From: Spirogloea muscicola
Taxonomy: Eukaryota
DNA length: 64,000 bases
NCBI GenBank assembly: GCA_009602725.1
Contig: WELB01000005.1
Coordinates: 1,082,183 to 1,146,182 of the forward strand
Direction of reading: 5' to 3'
Shown: positions 1-12,061 of the stretch, in pieces
Position numbering within the stretch: the stretch's first letter is position 1
How the letters are laid out: each line of letters starts with the position of its first letter
Made by a program: the position numbers and the translations under genes
Notes under the pieces: model-generated
The model's database searches: none
What the model saw: only the letters and a program-made list of their open reading frames with translations
Told to the model about the DNA's origin: nothing

Positions 1-220
1 CCCCCTCTTCCCCTTCATCTCTCCCCGTTTCCCTCTCTTTTTCCCCTTCGCTTTCTGTGTACGCCCCTCTTACGATTTTCTCCCTCTCTAGCTCTCTATC
101 TCTGTCTCCTCCACACTACATGCCCCCATGTTGGGCTCCCCCACCAGCCCTCCCTCAAGCACGCGCTGCCCGCCTCTGATACACCACGGTCCCTTCCACC
201 TCATGGCCTGGCGCGGGCAG

Positions 221-562
221 GTGGCGCAGCTGCGTGCAGAGAACAGCCACATGGTGAGCAAGTACAACATCGCGTCCCGGCACTACGGCCTGCTCACCGA
301 CGAGAACAGGAAGCTGCGGAGCGCAGCCATGGAGCTCTCGCGCCAGCTCCAGCACCTTCACGCTGCTGCTGCACAGGCGCACCCCGGCGGACTCGCCGCG
401 CTCGGCCTGGGCGGGCCTTCCCATCTCGACCCTCTGCCTCTTGATGGCGCTCATGGCCACGGTGGCGGCCACAGCCACGGCCACGGCCACGGCCACGGCC
501 ATGGCCACGGCCACGGGGCCAACAATTTTTCCCGGACGCTAACGCCTGGCCTCTCGCAATGA
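221..562 (+). CDS. 3' exon of a bZIP transcription factor (extended leucine zipper, group S/C-like) with a His-Gly tail; 5' part lies outside the window
   Basis: After acceptor cag|GTG (220/221) it reads VAQLRAENSHMVSKYNIASRHYGLLTDENRKLRSAAMELSRQLQHLH, matching the long zipper of plant S/C bZIPs. Stop TGA at 560-562. Confidence 0.75.
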   Translation: MAQLRAENSHMVSKYNIASRHYGLLTDENRKLRSAAMELSRQLQHLHAAAAQAHPGGLAALGLGGPSHLDPLPLDGAHGHGGGHSHGHGHGHGHGHGHGANNFSRTLTPGLSQ

Positions 563-1537
563 GACCAATTTCCCCTCTTCCCCCTCCCTCCCCGGGCCTC
601 GCCACTTCTCCCAGCATCCCTGACTGCCGTTCTTCTTAGGACTTGTCCCTCTTGGGCGGTGGCCTGTCAAGAGGCCCTGACCTGGGGCTGGATCGTCCAG
701 TTATTTCTTGCCTAGTAGCAAACGTAGCCAGACGGACACCTGTGCAATATCAGCAGCTACGCTGCCCTGCCCACCTTGTCGATACGGCCCCTCCCAGCCC
801 TAGTTGAGTTTTGACTTGAGATGCACTTTAGCATACGCTGTTGGCTCCGGCCAGTCTTTGCAGGCCAGCCTGCCATCACTGTAATGTTGTTCCTACGGCG
901 CCCTCTTTGTGTAAGGTCGAGCGCAGAGGGCTGTAAGCACTGTGTGTGCTAGATGTGTGCTTTGATTGTTGTGCGGCATCAGTACATAAGATGCAGATGT
1001 CATAGTGACACATGGCATTCGGCATGCAAAGACATACATCTCTTCCAACTGATGCCAGAAATCTGAAGCTCCGGGAATAGGGAGTTAAGGTCGCTTTCTT
1101 GGAGAGGTCAACAAAGTGTCCGCAGCATGCGGGCAATTGAGCTCTCATGCAAGAATGAGAAACGGTTGCCGAAACAGCTGAAGATGAGCAGTATGCTGCT
1201 GATGCAGCAGATTGCTGCTGTCATACGCAGCTTCTGCACTTCAGTGAGCGCCGGCGACTTGCTTGTGTGCCCAGCTTTGCAGTCTAGCTGCGGTAATATA
1301 TGTGAAGTGATCATCCTAAGCTGCAACACCAAGGTCTCGACTGACTGCCCGGCAAGCAGGAGTTGTACAGCCGAGAAGTGGTCTCCGACTCTCACAAACA
1401 TGCCATGCACGTTGTAGGGCCAGAGAGCAACCCGCTTCTGCTCAGCTGAGCTCACATATCATGGTAAGCGAGCTTGATGGCAGCCTCCATGGTTATAACG
1501 CCAAGGCTTCGAAGGCCAGTTGTGGATGCCCCAGGCA

Positions 1538-4500
1538 TCATCGCTGCTTCTGCGCTGGTGGCGGCCGGCCTGCCCAAGGGCCGCGTACAACATGCACGAG
1601 GTCGAGCAACCCCCGCACCTTGGCTTGCAGAGTGACGCCATAGACAGCCCGCACCAGGGCCTCCTGAAAGGCAAAGCCCCGCTCCGACACGGGGTACTGC
1701 AGGCAAGCTCCCAGGTAGCAAGTGCGACTTGGTCAGCCTCTGGCGATGTGCTTTGCATGCACACGAAACAGACCCTGCTCAAGCCACATGGAGGTATTGC
1801 TACGTTGCCGCTGTCTGTCAGAAGTCCGTAGCTGCCCTTAGGGATCTGCATTTGCGAGGTGATGGCACTTGAAAGCGTGCAACTGAAGGAGGCGAGTTGC
1901 GTGAGTGTGGCCATCAATGTTCAATATATGTGCATGTTTCCAAGGCTAGAGATAAGAATTTCAAGGCTGTGAGGTCAGAAGAACCTGGAGGAGTGACGGG
2001 ATGCGCGTCCGGAGGAAGGAGAAGCGGTCCTCGGCGACCGCCCTTGCCACGCAACAGCCACGCAGGCCCTCCACGCCGCCAAATTGCCCAAAGCCACTTT
2101 CCTTGACCCCGCCAAAGGGCAGCGACTGCCACCAGACGCGTGGGCAGCAAAACACATTAGCAGCAGGCTGCAGACTGCCCCACCAGCATTGCTGCTTGAC
2201 ATATCAGCAAAACATGATGCCAAGAGGTGGTTTTCTTCTCATGGTGATGTGGTGACACATGCAGGGCAAAGAACAAGGCTCGGAATGTAGCAGAGAGCTG
2301 GTCTGACGCTTCTACAATGGCATCTCCTGAGAGAGCAAGAGTCTTGTGCAAAGAACTTGTCAAGAGCGAGCAAGCAGCCGCTCTCTTCTGCGACTTCGTC
2401 TACCTGGCTCATGTAGGTGCTACCAAAGTCGTTGATGGAGGCCATCCCGACATGGAGCTTGGACGCAAGCACATTGGCCCTGGACACGCTTCTGGAGAAC
2501 ACCGAGCACCCAAGGCCAAACGGGCCGTCGTTCGCAAGCTCGACAGCTGCTTCGTCGCTCTCAACCTTGAGGACAGCCATGATGGGACCGAAGACCTGCG
2601 AGATTCGAACAATTCAAACCTTTGTGACTTTACTACCAATTACCAGATGCATTCATCACATTAGAATGTGTTGATGGCTTGTAGTTGACTGCATTCATTC
2701 AGACGCCTTGAGCGTATCTGCCATTTGAGGAGCTTGTCTTGCACAGGCCTGGTGAATAGGTTCAAGCAGCCACATGTGCTTTGAGTCTTTGCCATCCAAG
2801 TCAGAGTGCATCTGTGCTTTGCACAGGATCTATTTCTTCAGGTTAGGCTTTAGGCATGTGTGCTTCTCGGGTTGATAAAATGATATAATCCAACTTTAGG
2901 CATGCTGCACCTCTTCCTTCATGAGCAGCATGGATGGCAGCACGCCGGTGAGGACAGTGGGCGGGTAGAATTGGCCGCCGAGCTCCTCCGGCAACAGGCC
3001 CCTGGCGACGACCTCCGCACCGGCAGCCACCGCGTCGTCGACGAGCTCCTGGAGGCGCTCCGCCTGGTTGGCCAGGCGCAGCGCGCCGACGTCGCACCTA
3101 CCCCCGCCCAACGGCACGCCCTGCGAAATGGAATCACGACCAGTCTCTCTGGTATCTGTTGATACCCACATTGACTCAAGGCTAGCTGCAGGACCTGAGA
3201 TGACAGCCGTAATCATCCAGGATACGAGCAGCAACTCCGCAAATTCAGGAAAGCAGTTGGCATCTTGTGGGCGCACCGTCTCCATTTGCCTAACAACAGC
3301 AGCAACTCTCTCCACAAACGCGTCGTGGATGGACGTGTGCACGAGGAACCGCTCTGCTCCTATGCAATTCTGGCCACTGCACTGGAATGCCGCCCTGAGC
3401 GCAATCGGTACTACCTGCAAGATGAAGCGCAAGACGACCTGTGTGTCACTTAATTAGCTTGCTACATACCCAGCACCGATGACATGGGAACTACAATGTT
3501 CACACAGAAACCTCTTCTGTGCATCGCAGTTGCTTTTGCTGCTGGTGGCCTGAAGCTTGTGACATCAAGGTCAAGCCGAGGAGTAATATTGGTTGGTTAT
3601 TAACATGAAAAATCACTTGCCTGGTCTAGATCAGCATCATCGCAGACGATGAAGGCGTCCTTGCCTCCAAGCTCCAGGACAACTGGGGTCAGGGTCCGGG
3701 CCGCACCTTCCATAACCTGAGAAGATGAGCAGTAGACACTCTCCTTCAGCTCAACAAGGTCGAGGAGAATGGTAAGCATGCAGCACCGTCCGTTTGGGCA
3801 GCAGCTTCAAGCTCCTCAACAACTGCGACACACTCGGATCTCCAGTAACAATTGGAGAAAGCGTTGTCACAAGGAGCAATCCTACTGTCATCTTGCTGAC
3901 GAGCTTACTGAGATGCAGACAAGCCGAGCAAGGTCAAGGAGGACCATCAGAGAGCAAGGGACTGAGCGCGAGCGCCGGACCCTGCTCGAGGTATGCAGTA
4001 CTTTACCCTACCCTGCGCCCGATGGCAGCCGAGCCGATGAAGATCATCTTGTCCACGTAGTTGACCAGTGCAGCTCCTGTCTCTCCATAACTGCAAGTTC
4101 AAGATGACCTGTACGTCAGGATTTGCTGCCTTGTCGCATGCAGCTAGTGGTGGACGGCTACCTCGATGCACCATAACTGCCTGGTTAGCAAATTACTGCC
4201 AGAAAGAGTCTATACGTTTATTACAGTACTCCAACGAATGGGCTAAGGATGATATTGAGGTACAAAATCAATCCCATTCTCATTTCCACCCTATCACAAC
4301 TTAGGGCTTCGATCTGCACCCTGTCACTATGTGCACAAGGTCCTCGGGAGCACCCGTGGCGTTGAGCGCGGCCTTGAGCACGCGCAGGAAGAACATGGAG
4401 GACCAGCTGGCGTGCTCGGACACCTGTGCAACCAACCCTCAGCCATGCCCTGTTACTAATGCCGAGACTTGGGAACACGGAGTAATGAGTAGCTCGTAGT

Positions 4501-6077
4501 TATGCATTCACATACATGTCAAAATACCTAACTAGGAGTCCGATCCTCGACCTCCAGCTCAACAGATCTAGGAATTGACTCTGAGGGTTGGAAAGTAGAT
4601 GTATATTGGGTGGTGTACTGGTGGCTTGGGTGCCATGACGCGCCCTTACCTTGACGACAATGGCATTCCCGGCAAAGAGGGCAGCGAGCACCGGATTAAG
4701 CACGTTGTGAAAGGGGTAGTTCCATGGGACGATGGCGCCCACGACGCCGAGTGGATGGTACTCAACGCGTGCCACTTTATGTGGCATCATCCTCCCGGGT
4801 GACCTGCCCTTGTGAATGCCACTAATTACAATGCGTCAGCAACCACTGACGTCAAGACTTGGTCCCTTCGCAATGTAAGATGCTGCGCTGACAGATGAAC
4901 TTGCAACCCAAGATACTCATCTTCAAAACAGAAACAGTGGCTCTACACAGTGTAAGTGGAAATTTCTCATCACCTCCTTTCGGGGCGCAGCCAGCGCTCG
5001 CCATCATGTAGCAGCCAGGCAATCTTCTCACAAGTCGTGAAGATCTCCCCGAACTCGGCGTCCACAAGGGGTTTGCCGGAGTCGCGCGCCGAGACGCGGC
5101 ACACGACCTCCTGGTGCTCCGTGACGTACTTGAGCAGGACACGCAGCAGGAGGCGCCGTTGCTGAAAGCTGCTGCCAGCCCACTCCAGCTGGGCAATCCG
5201 TGCTCGCTTCACGTGCTCCAACACCTGCATTGCCCAGCTCCAAAACCCAAATGTTGGTGACGGCCTCTAAGCTGCGCTTGGCCGCCTGTGGCCACTGCGA
5301 GTGCTCGTCACGCAGTCGTCCATCACAAGAGCTTCCCAGAGAGTGCTTAAGTCTCTGAGCGCGCGACAAGGCCCAAAGCGCAGCTTGCAGCGAAGCCTGT
5401 GGCAGCATTGCCAGCTCTTAAATAAGACGATGCGGAGTCCCATGAAACCACTAGACCGAGCTGTCATAAGCCCTTGCTGTACTGTATCTTTGCCACTCTG
5501 CCATCACACCTTCCCAACGTTCAACATCTCGGCCTTCCTGCAGCAGAAGCTGGACTGGGGCCTTGCAGCAAATCATAACCCCATTGTAGAGACGGCAGAA
5601 CTGGATCAGGAGCTAGTTGGGCTAAGGCATATTACGTCGTCGGGCTTGAGCGCCGGCAGGAAGCCGAGGTACTGCATAGTGGCGGGGTCGTAGCACTGGA
5701 TGCGGCCGCCGCCGGGAGCTGCCGCGGCCGACATCAATGACGGCGGCAGCAGCTCGGGGCTCGGCGACCGCGGCCGCCGCCGCGGCGGCACGAGGATGTA
5801 CTGGTCCCGCACCGGCGCCGTCTCGGCGTACAGCACTGCAGCGGCCGCCATGGCCAGCGCCGGCGGTCGTCAGCTCAGAGCCGGAGCTCCGCCGCGGCTT
5901 TGTGGGCTCTCGCTGCAGCTAAGGCTTGCCGCCGCCGCGGCGCTCACCGTCACTGGCGTCCACGGCGAGCGCGGGCGGGCCGACGTCCCGCCAGGCGCGG
6001 GCGAGCAGCCAGACGGCCACCGCCATGACGGCGGCGGCGGCAGCCGTCCACCACCATGCCGCCGCCTCCCACGGCAT
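1538..6077 (-). CDS. ALDH22A1: Aldehyde dehydrogenase family 22 (multi-exon)
   Basis: Start [15 protein letters not shown] at 6077 with a hydrophobic N-terminus. Exons encode [51 protein letters not shown], catalytic [18 protein letters not shown] and a last exon [14 protein letters not shown] ending at the stop (1538-1540). Closely parallels plant ALDH22A1. Confidence 0.92.
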
Positions 6078-7010
6078 GGCCGCTCGCAGCTCGCCCGTCT
6101 GCGAGCACGCAGTGTGCAGCTAAGGACCCAACTCAGCTCAGCTCACGCAGGCTGGCCCCGCCTCCAGCCCCGTTCGCCGCCGCTGCCGCTGGCGCGACCG
6201 CCGCAACCAGCACATGGATGGCCCATGTTGCAGCTCAAACTGGAGCGCCAGTCTCTGGACTAGTAGCTTATGACTAGCCTCCCTCTATCTTTTGACTCAG
6301 TTTCAGAATATCATAAAAGCGCAACAGTGGAAATCCTACTGAATGCTGCTTGGACGTCAACTTATCATGCATGATACGACACCCTGCGGCACACTAAAGC
6401 CCTGCCACAAGTTTGACATCTCTGGAAGCAGATATATCAGAGGAAGAGGCGAACTTTGACAGCCACCGCTGCCACTTTGCAGGCCCCTACCCCCACCTTG
6501 CAGATGCTTGCGAAGATGACCAGACATGCCAAGATCCAGAGCGGCATTGCTTAAGGGTCATGACTCAACACGATGCAAGAGCTGACCAGCTGGCACAAAC
6601 AGGAGCTGGCAGACCTCCTGGTGAAACAGCGGCACACCAGCGAGACATCAAAAATTGGATCGAAATTGGATCGCACTTACAGCAACTGGCATCAACAAAG
6701 ACGACAATGTTGGCTGTAATTTCCCGGCGCATGTGTCCCACTTCTGATAAGGACAAATGGCGACTGGCAGGGTGAGGCAAACGCGGCCTCAAGAATGGAC
6801 CCAGGTTGTCTGCTAACATCTCAAAGGTCTCACAAGAAAGGTCGTTGCCTGCATCCTAGTCCTCTCCTACGTCCTGGAAGTTGGTCCAGATCTGAGTGCC
6901 AGGGCTTAGAGTAAGCAGCATTGGCCAACACGTCCACTTGCAGATACGCAAGGACTTTTCTCAACCCACAACAAGCTCCTGTGCAGCTACATAGTGCTAC
7001 ACACACAGGC

Positions 7011-8240
7011 TCAAGACCTCTGGAGGGCCCGGATGAGAGACGCAGCTCCAAAGGCTGCAGAGCCCCCAAGTACAGCAACAGCAGCCCCAAGAGTTTGCAG
7101 GATGATCAAGGGCACAGAGTCCTCTGCAAACAGAGACACACCAAAAATGTAAGAAGAAGAGCTAATGAAGCCCAGTCTTTGCTATAGCTCACGTTATAGT
7201 TGACGCTGAGCAACAGAGCTAGCCAGGAATTCGTGCAACTGACTGGACACCTGAGGTCAACCTCAACAGTATGACACAATCTCGTCTTGTCAACAGCAAG
7301 CATCTGACAGCTGCAATGCAGCCAAGCCAAAGAGCTACTCAAGGTAGCACGTTGACACGTCAGTAAACAATGGCGGACAACAGGCTCACTGTCTGCTTGT
7401 AACCTGAAAATAACATGAGACAACTTTGTCAGATGTGTTCAGCGGGCCTACCGGGCACGTAGTAGACCACCGCAGGCCCAGCGGCGAGGAGGATGAGTGA
7501 GAGCAGCGTGAGGTTCCTCGGAGTCTTGGGATCGGTTGCTGCTGACAAGAGCCCCAGCGACTCGGCCTTGGAGAGCAGGCCCAGCTTCTCAATCGTGCCC
7601 AGAGTGAGGCCAAGGCTTTCGGCAAGCGAGAGCAGGCCAGCTTTCTCCGCCTTGGACAGAAGCCGCAGCTCCTGCACCCTGCAGATCTCCAGGTTGTATG
7701 CAGCGTCAGAGAGGTGACTACACCATTGCAGGATCAGGATGCCTGATTGAGAGCCACAGCAAGTCTTCAACAGCTTCACTGGCACTGGACCTGTTGAGGA
7801 GCCTGATGGAGCGGGCGTCCTCCCCGTCCACGAAGGTCTTGAGTTGCCCGGTCTTGTCACCGACCTCCAGGATCTTGACCTTGAGCTGGCCGCAGAGACG
7901 TGACGAACAGGCGGGGTCATCAGTCTCTGAGCTAGGCGCTGACAGCAGACCGGCATTGTCGCATGCCTGACATGGCAGCTCCAGCAGCGATGCGATCGCC
8001 GCCAGCGCCCTACGTCGGATGGACGCGCGCCCTAGGTGCCAGGATGGCAATCGACTGCCATGCTGCCAACAAGAGAAGCAGCTGATCGGCCAGCCGCCAG
8101 CAACGCCATTGCCATGGCGTTGCTGGCGGCAATGCCAAGGCGGGGGGGCACACCTGCTTCGCTGCCGACTTGGCGACCTTGACGGCCTTGGTGCCAACGC
8201 CTTCCGCGGCCCGGACGTTCAGAGTGAGCTGCAGCCTGCG
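7011..8240 (-). CDS. RIQ1: DUF1118 thylakoid protein (RIQ1-like); start codon and first exon not resolved (may extend to ~8450)
   Basis: Exons give [97 protein letters not shown]. This is the repeated LLSKAE signature of DUF1118. Confidence 0.75.
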
Positions 8241-10112
8241 GCGCAGCGGCGGCGCAGTGCCTCGTCAGGCAGGGGTCAGCGGCAGCGCCGGAGGCCGCGG
8301 CCGCCCGGGCCAGGCCCCGCCGCCGCTCGCCATCGCCGCCTCCTGCGCCGCCTTTGGCACCTCCGGCGGCGGCGGTGACGGCGGCGACGGCGGCGGAGGC
8401 GGCGGCGGCGTCGTTTGCGGCGGCGGCGGCGGCGGCGGCAGCGGGAGAGCGAGCAGACCAGGCAATTAGTGAGCTCGGTAACCGCCGGCGCGGCACTAAC
8501 TGCGATCCATCAGCGCCGCGGACGGTGCCGCCGTCGGCACCCTAATCGCGGGAGTCGCGACGGCGCCGTCGTCGCCGCGTCGTCGGGACCGACGAGCCGG
8601 CATGATGGAAGTCCATTACGTAGGGGGGGGGAGTGGCGGCCCGACAAGCGGCTCAGGGTGCGCAATCGGCGCCCCCCCAATGGGACTCCCTGGTGGCCGG
8701 ATAGCCCCCACCCCCTCCCCACATGGTGCACCTCGGGACGCGCTGCTGCTGCCAAACCTTAAGCCCCCTGCACTTCTTTCTATCTCCCTTTTCTCCGGGG
8801 CTGGCAGCCCCACCTGCCTGTGTCTCATCCCACGCATCCCTCGTTAGTGGGACTGCACCTCTCTGCTGTGAGAAGCGAAAGGCTACTTCGACAATGCAGG
8901 CGGCGTCAGGAGGGCAGCATGATCATAAGATTGAAACTCCTTCCACATTGCTAATCGGCTCCACTTGTCTCCAACTGAGTAATTCAATTAAGCGCCTTCC
9001 GGTCACTTCCTGTATTGCAGGCCACAAGCATCACATGCCGCAATATCTCGCTCAGTCCTGAGCAAGCTTCAGTAAGCTCCCTCTTCGGGCTTCTTCGGTA
9101 TGCATGTCAACGACACTGTTAGAGTAGGCTTTCTACTGACATCGTAGTCTTGTATTGCAATGCACGTCTCTGAGCAGGCTTACTGCATCGCACTGGTTTG
9201 AACGGGTCAGATATTGGGCGGCTCATACTTATATTACAACCACGCTTTTTGTCTCCATCTACCGTGTGTAGTGAAAGCTCTTTAAAAAGCATGGGCTAAG
9301 CATGAAGCATGGAGCCAGCAGGCCAGACACAACATTTGCAGTGCATTAGGAAATCCTTTCAATCACCTCCTATACAGTGTCATCATTGGGAACTTTCTTG
9401 TGTGATAAAAGTCAGTCGTGTACGAAAGACCAGATATAACGTGCCGATGCATCATGACACATTGCCATATACACGGCTCCTTGTGCTTCTTGGAGAATCT
9501 CAGGAGGCTAGCCAAGAGCCGTTCTAGCAAAAACTCCATTGAGCTGCAGCTAGATGACATGCCCAAGATGTGCTACATCTTGTTTTGCTTCAACAAGACA
9601 GATCACAACTGCAATACCTGTGATGTCTAAGAGTAGCACCAACTGCAACCACACGAATGCATTGCACTGACCCAGCTACAGCTGATCGGTCAACGTGCAC
9701 TCTTCACATCACAATGTGAGCGTTTGTATCTTCAGCTACACAGGACTCTTTGCCATATCGAACTGATGCTCATGCCACAAAGACTGTAGTATGACCAAGT
9801 ACGAAACAGGACCAAGTAATGAGGTCGCCCATAGAGCGCGTTATGTATATGGAAGTCAGAGCAGCCCACCCGACTAGCTTCATTTAGACAGATTCTTGTC
9901 AACCTTTCTCCAGGTACAGCACAACAGAAGTGCTTCGTGCATCTTGGCCGTCAAGAGCAAACACAATGAAAGCTCCTGCTGCATGCAAGCTGAGGAGCGT
10001 AGGGCGGCAATAGACATTGCACATGGGCTGACCAAAGTGAATCATGTCACTCTTGCGATTCCTTAGGACCCAATAGGAGGTTGAATTTCAACGTTCGTTA
10101 TAGGCTGTCTGC

Positions 10113-11453
10113 TTAAGGCCTATCTCTCCTAGGCCCTTGGAATGTGCCGGGCGGCTTAAAGCCGCCTCCCCCTGGTGGTGTGGCCTGCAATAGGAGCAGT
10201 TAACTCCTATTCAATCAGTCTTGTCATTCCCAGACGCCTCAGGCAAGCACGAAGTGCATAAATAGTTGCAAAGCATCACCCATCATACTAATCTCTCGGG
10301 CCAATGTCTAAAAGTCACAGACTGGACTTGGACAGACTGCAATAGCAGCAGCTATTCATTGACATCTACAATTGAGCAGCAAGATTGCCTGTCTAAGTAC
10401 CTGCGGGACAACGCCAGGAAGTGCACTCATGTTCATTGACCGAAGCATATCCATCGTATCAACGTCCACCTGCAGTCTCTCAAACGAATGTCAGCCCTAC
10501 AAACACGCCCTACGTCACAACAACGTGCACACTAAGTCCATGGTGCAGCATTGGCCACAAAGGCCAAATTGGGGACAGAAGCCAAAGCATGGGCTTGAGC
10601 AGTCTCTCTTGTGTGGCCTGGAGTCAGGCCTGTGCACGCCTGTCACAGATCTTCAAAGCTGCAGGCCACCGGTTGCCCGACTGAAAGCTGACCTCAATGA
10701 CGTCGGTCTTGATCGCCGACTCCTCTGGCACAAAGTCCATGCGGCGCTCGCGCTCCTCCTCTTGGAGCTTGAGGGAGATGCCACGCACCGGCCCCCTCTG
10801 GATGCGCTTCATGAGATGCTGGCCATCCGCAAGGACAGGAAGGGCACAGGCACACCACAGTCAGCGCCTCAACAACCTGGAGATGCTGATCGTGTCCTTT
10901 TTGTTGCACATCTTCAACGGGGGCCCAAGATGGAGGTGAAAGACCGCGACAACGGCGTTATGACAACCACGGCTAGCGTCTGCCGCATGTGTCTCGCCTG
11001 AGACATGGGCTTTTCCACAAGCTCTGGCGCATCCAGCACCACAGGAATGGACCTCGAGCAGGGTGGTGTGCACTCACGGTGGCGAACCCGGCGATCTTGT
11101 TCCGCAGGCGCTTGGTGGGGATGATGGCCACCTCGTCGGCGATCTTCTTGTTGGTGTGGAAGTCAAGGGTCATGCGCGAGTAGTAGCGCTCGATGATGAC
11201 GCGCGACGACTTCTTCACCGTCTTGGTGCGTACCCGCCCCTGCAGAGGCGGTGGCGGCGGCGGCGGCGGCGTCCGTCAGGCCGCCCCTTTGGCCCTGTCC
11301 CGAGCTCCACGGCAGCCAGCGCCACGGCGGCCCTCCCCAACACCTGTCGTCCTCCTCCTCCGCCTCTCCTCCGTCGCTCTCATTGCTGCCGCCTTAGGCT
11401 GCCACAGCAACGGCACAGGCAACGGGAGTGTAACGGGCGCGGCGGCATACCAT
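10113..11453 (-). CDS. RPS17: Cytosolic 40S ribosomal protein S17 (eS17)
   Basis: ATG-only first coding exon (11451-11453, then gtatg), followed by [32 protein letters not shown]..|[32 protein letters not shown]..; stop at 10113-10115. Confidence 0.97.
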
Positions 11454-11555
11454 GGCGACGCGCTTCCTAGCTCCGGCGCTCCTCCTCCGCTGCGCCCGCC
11501 GGAGAGTGCGGCGGCAGCGGCGGCGGCGGCGGCGGCGGCAGCGGCTTGCGCGGCG

Positions 11556-11575
11556 GGGTTTAGGTACTTAAACCC
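11556..11575. promoter_or_regulatory. Telo-box-like inverted repeat in the divergent RPS17/MYB4R1 promoter
   Basis: GGGTTTAGGTACTTAAACCC, a near-perfect 20-bp palindrome made of two telomere-like half-sites ~100 bp upstream of the RPS17 ATG. Confidence 0.4.
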
Positions 11576-11750
11576 TCTCCGTCCAGGCGCCTTCTCTGGC
11601 TAATGGCCGTTTAGCTAACGTGACGGGGAACAACTGCCGGCGATCGGTATCGGACGGCGCGCAGGGCTGCCAGTTGGCGACGGAGGAGTTAGCGGCGGGC
11701 CGCCTGTATGTCGCATAAACTGGTAAAACCTCGCTAAACCCGCAGTTCCA

Positions 11751-11782
<32 letters not shown>

Positions 11783-12061
11783 CGCCGCCGCCGCCGCGAG
11801 CGGCGAGCATCGTGCTGGCCTGCGCCTTCGAGCTTGGCGGAGTGTCCACCGCCGGCGCGGCTGTCGTCGATCCGGGTCCGCCGGTGGTTGCGGGGACGTC
11901 GGCAAGGGCAACGCGCCGTCCATGCCGCTGACGAGAACTCCAGCGGCGGGCTCGGGGTCGCCGGCCTCCGTCGTGCGGCATGGCGGCGGGCCTCCGGCCG
12001 AGGCGGCAGCAGCGGCGGCGGCGGCGGCGGCGGCTGTAGCGGCGCGTGGTTGAGTACCGCG

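Noticed and set aside
8800..10100. Short ORFs between RIQ1-like and RPS17
   Set aside because: No recognisable domain or consistent splice structure; treated as intergenic/UTR.
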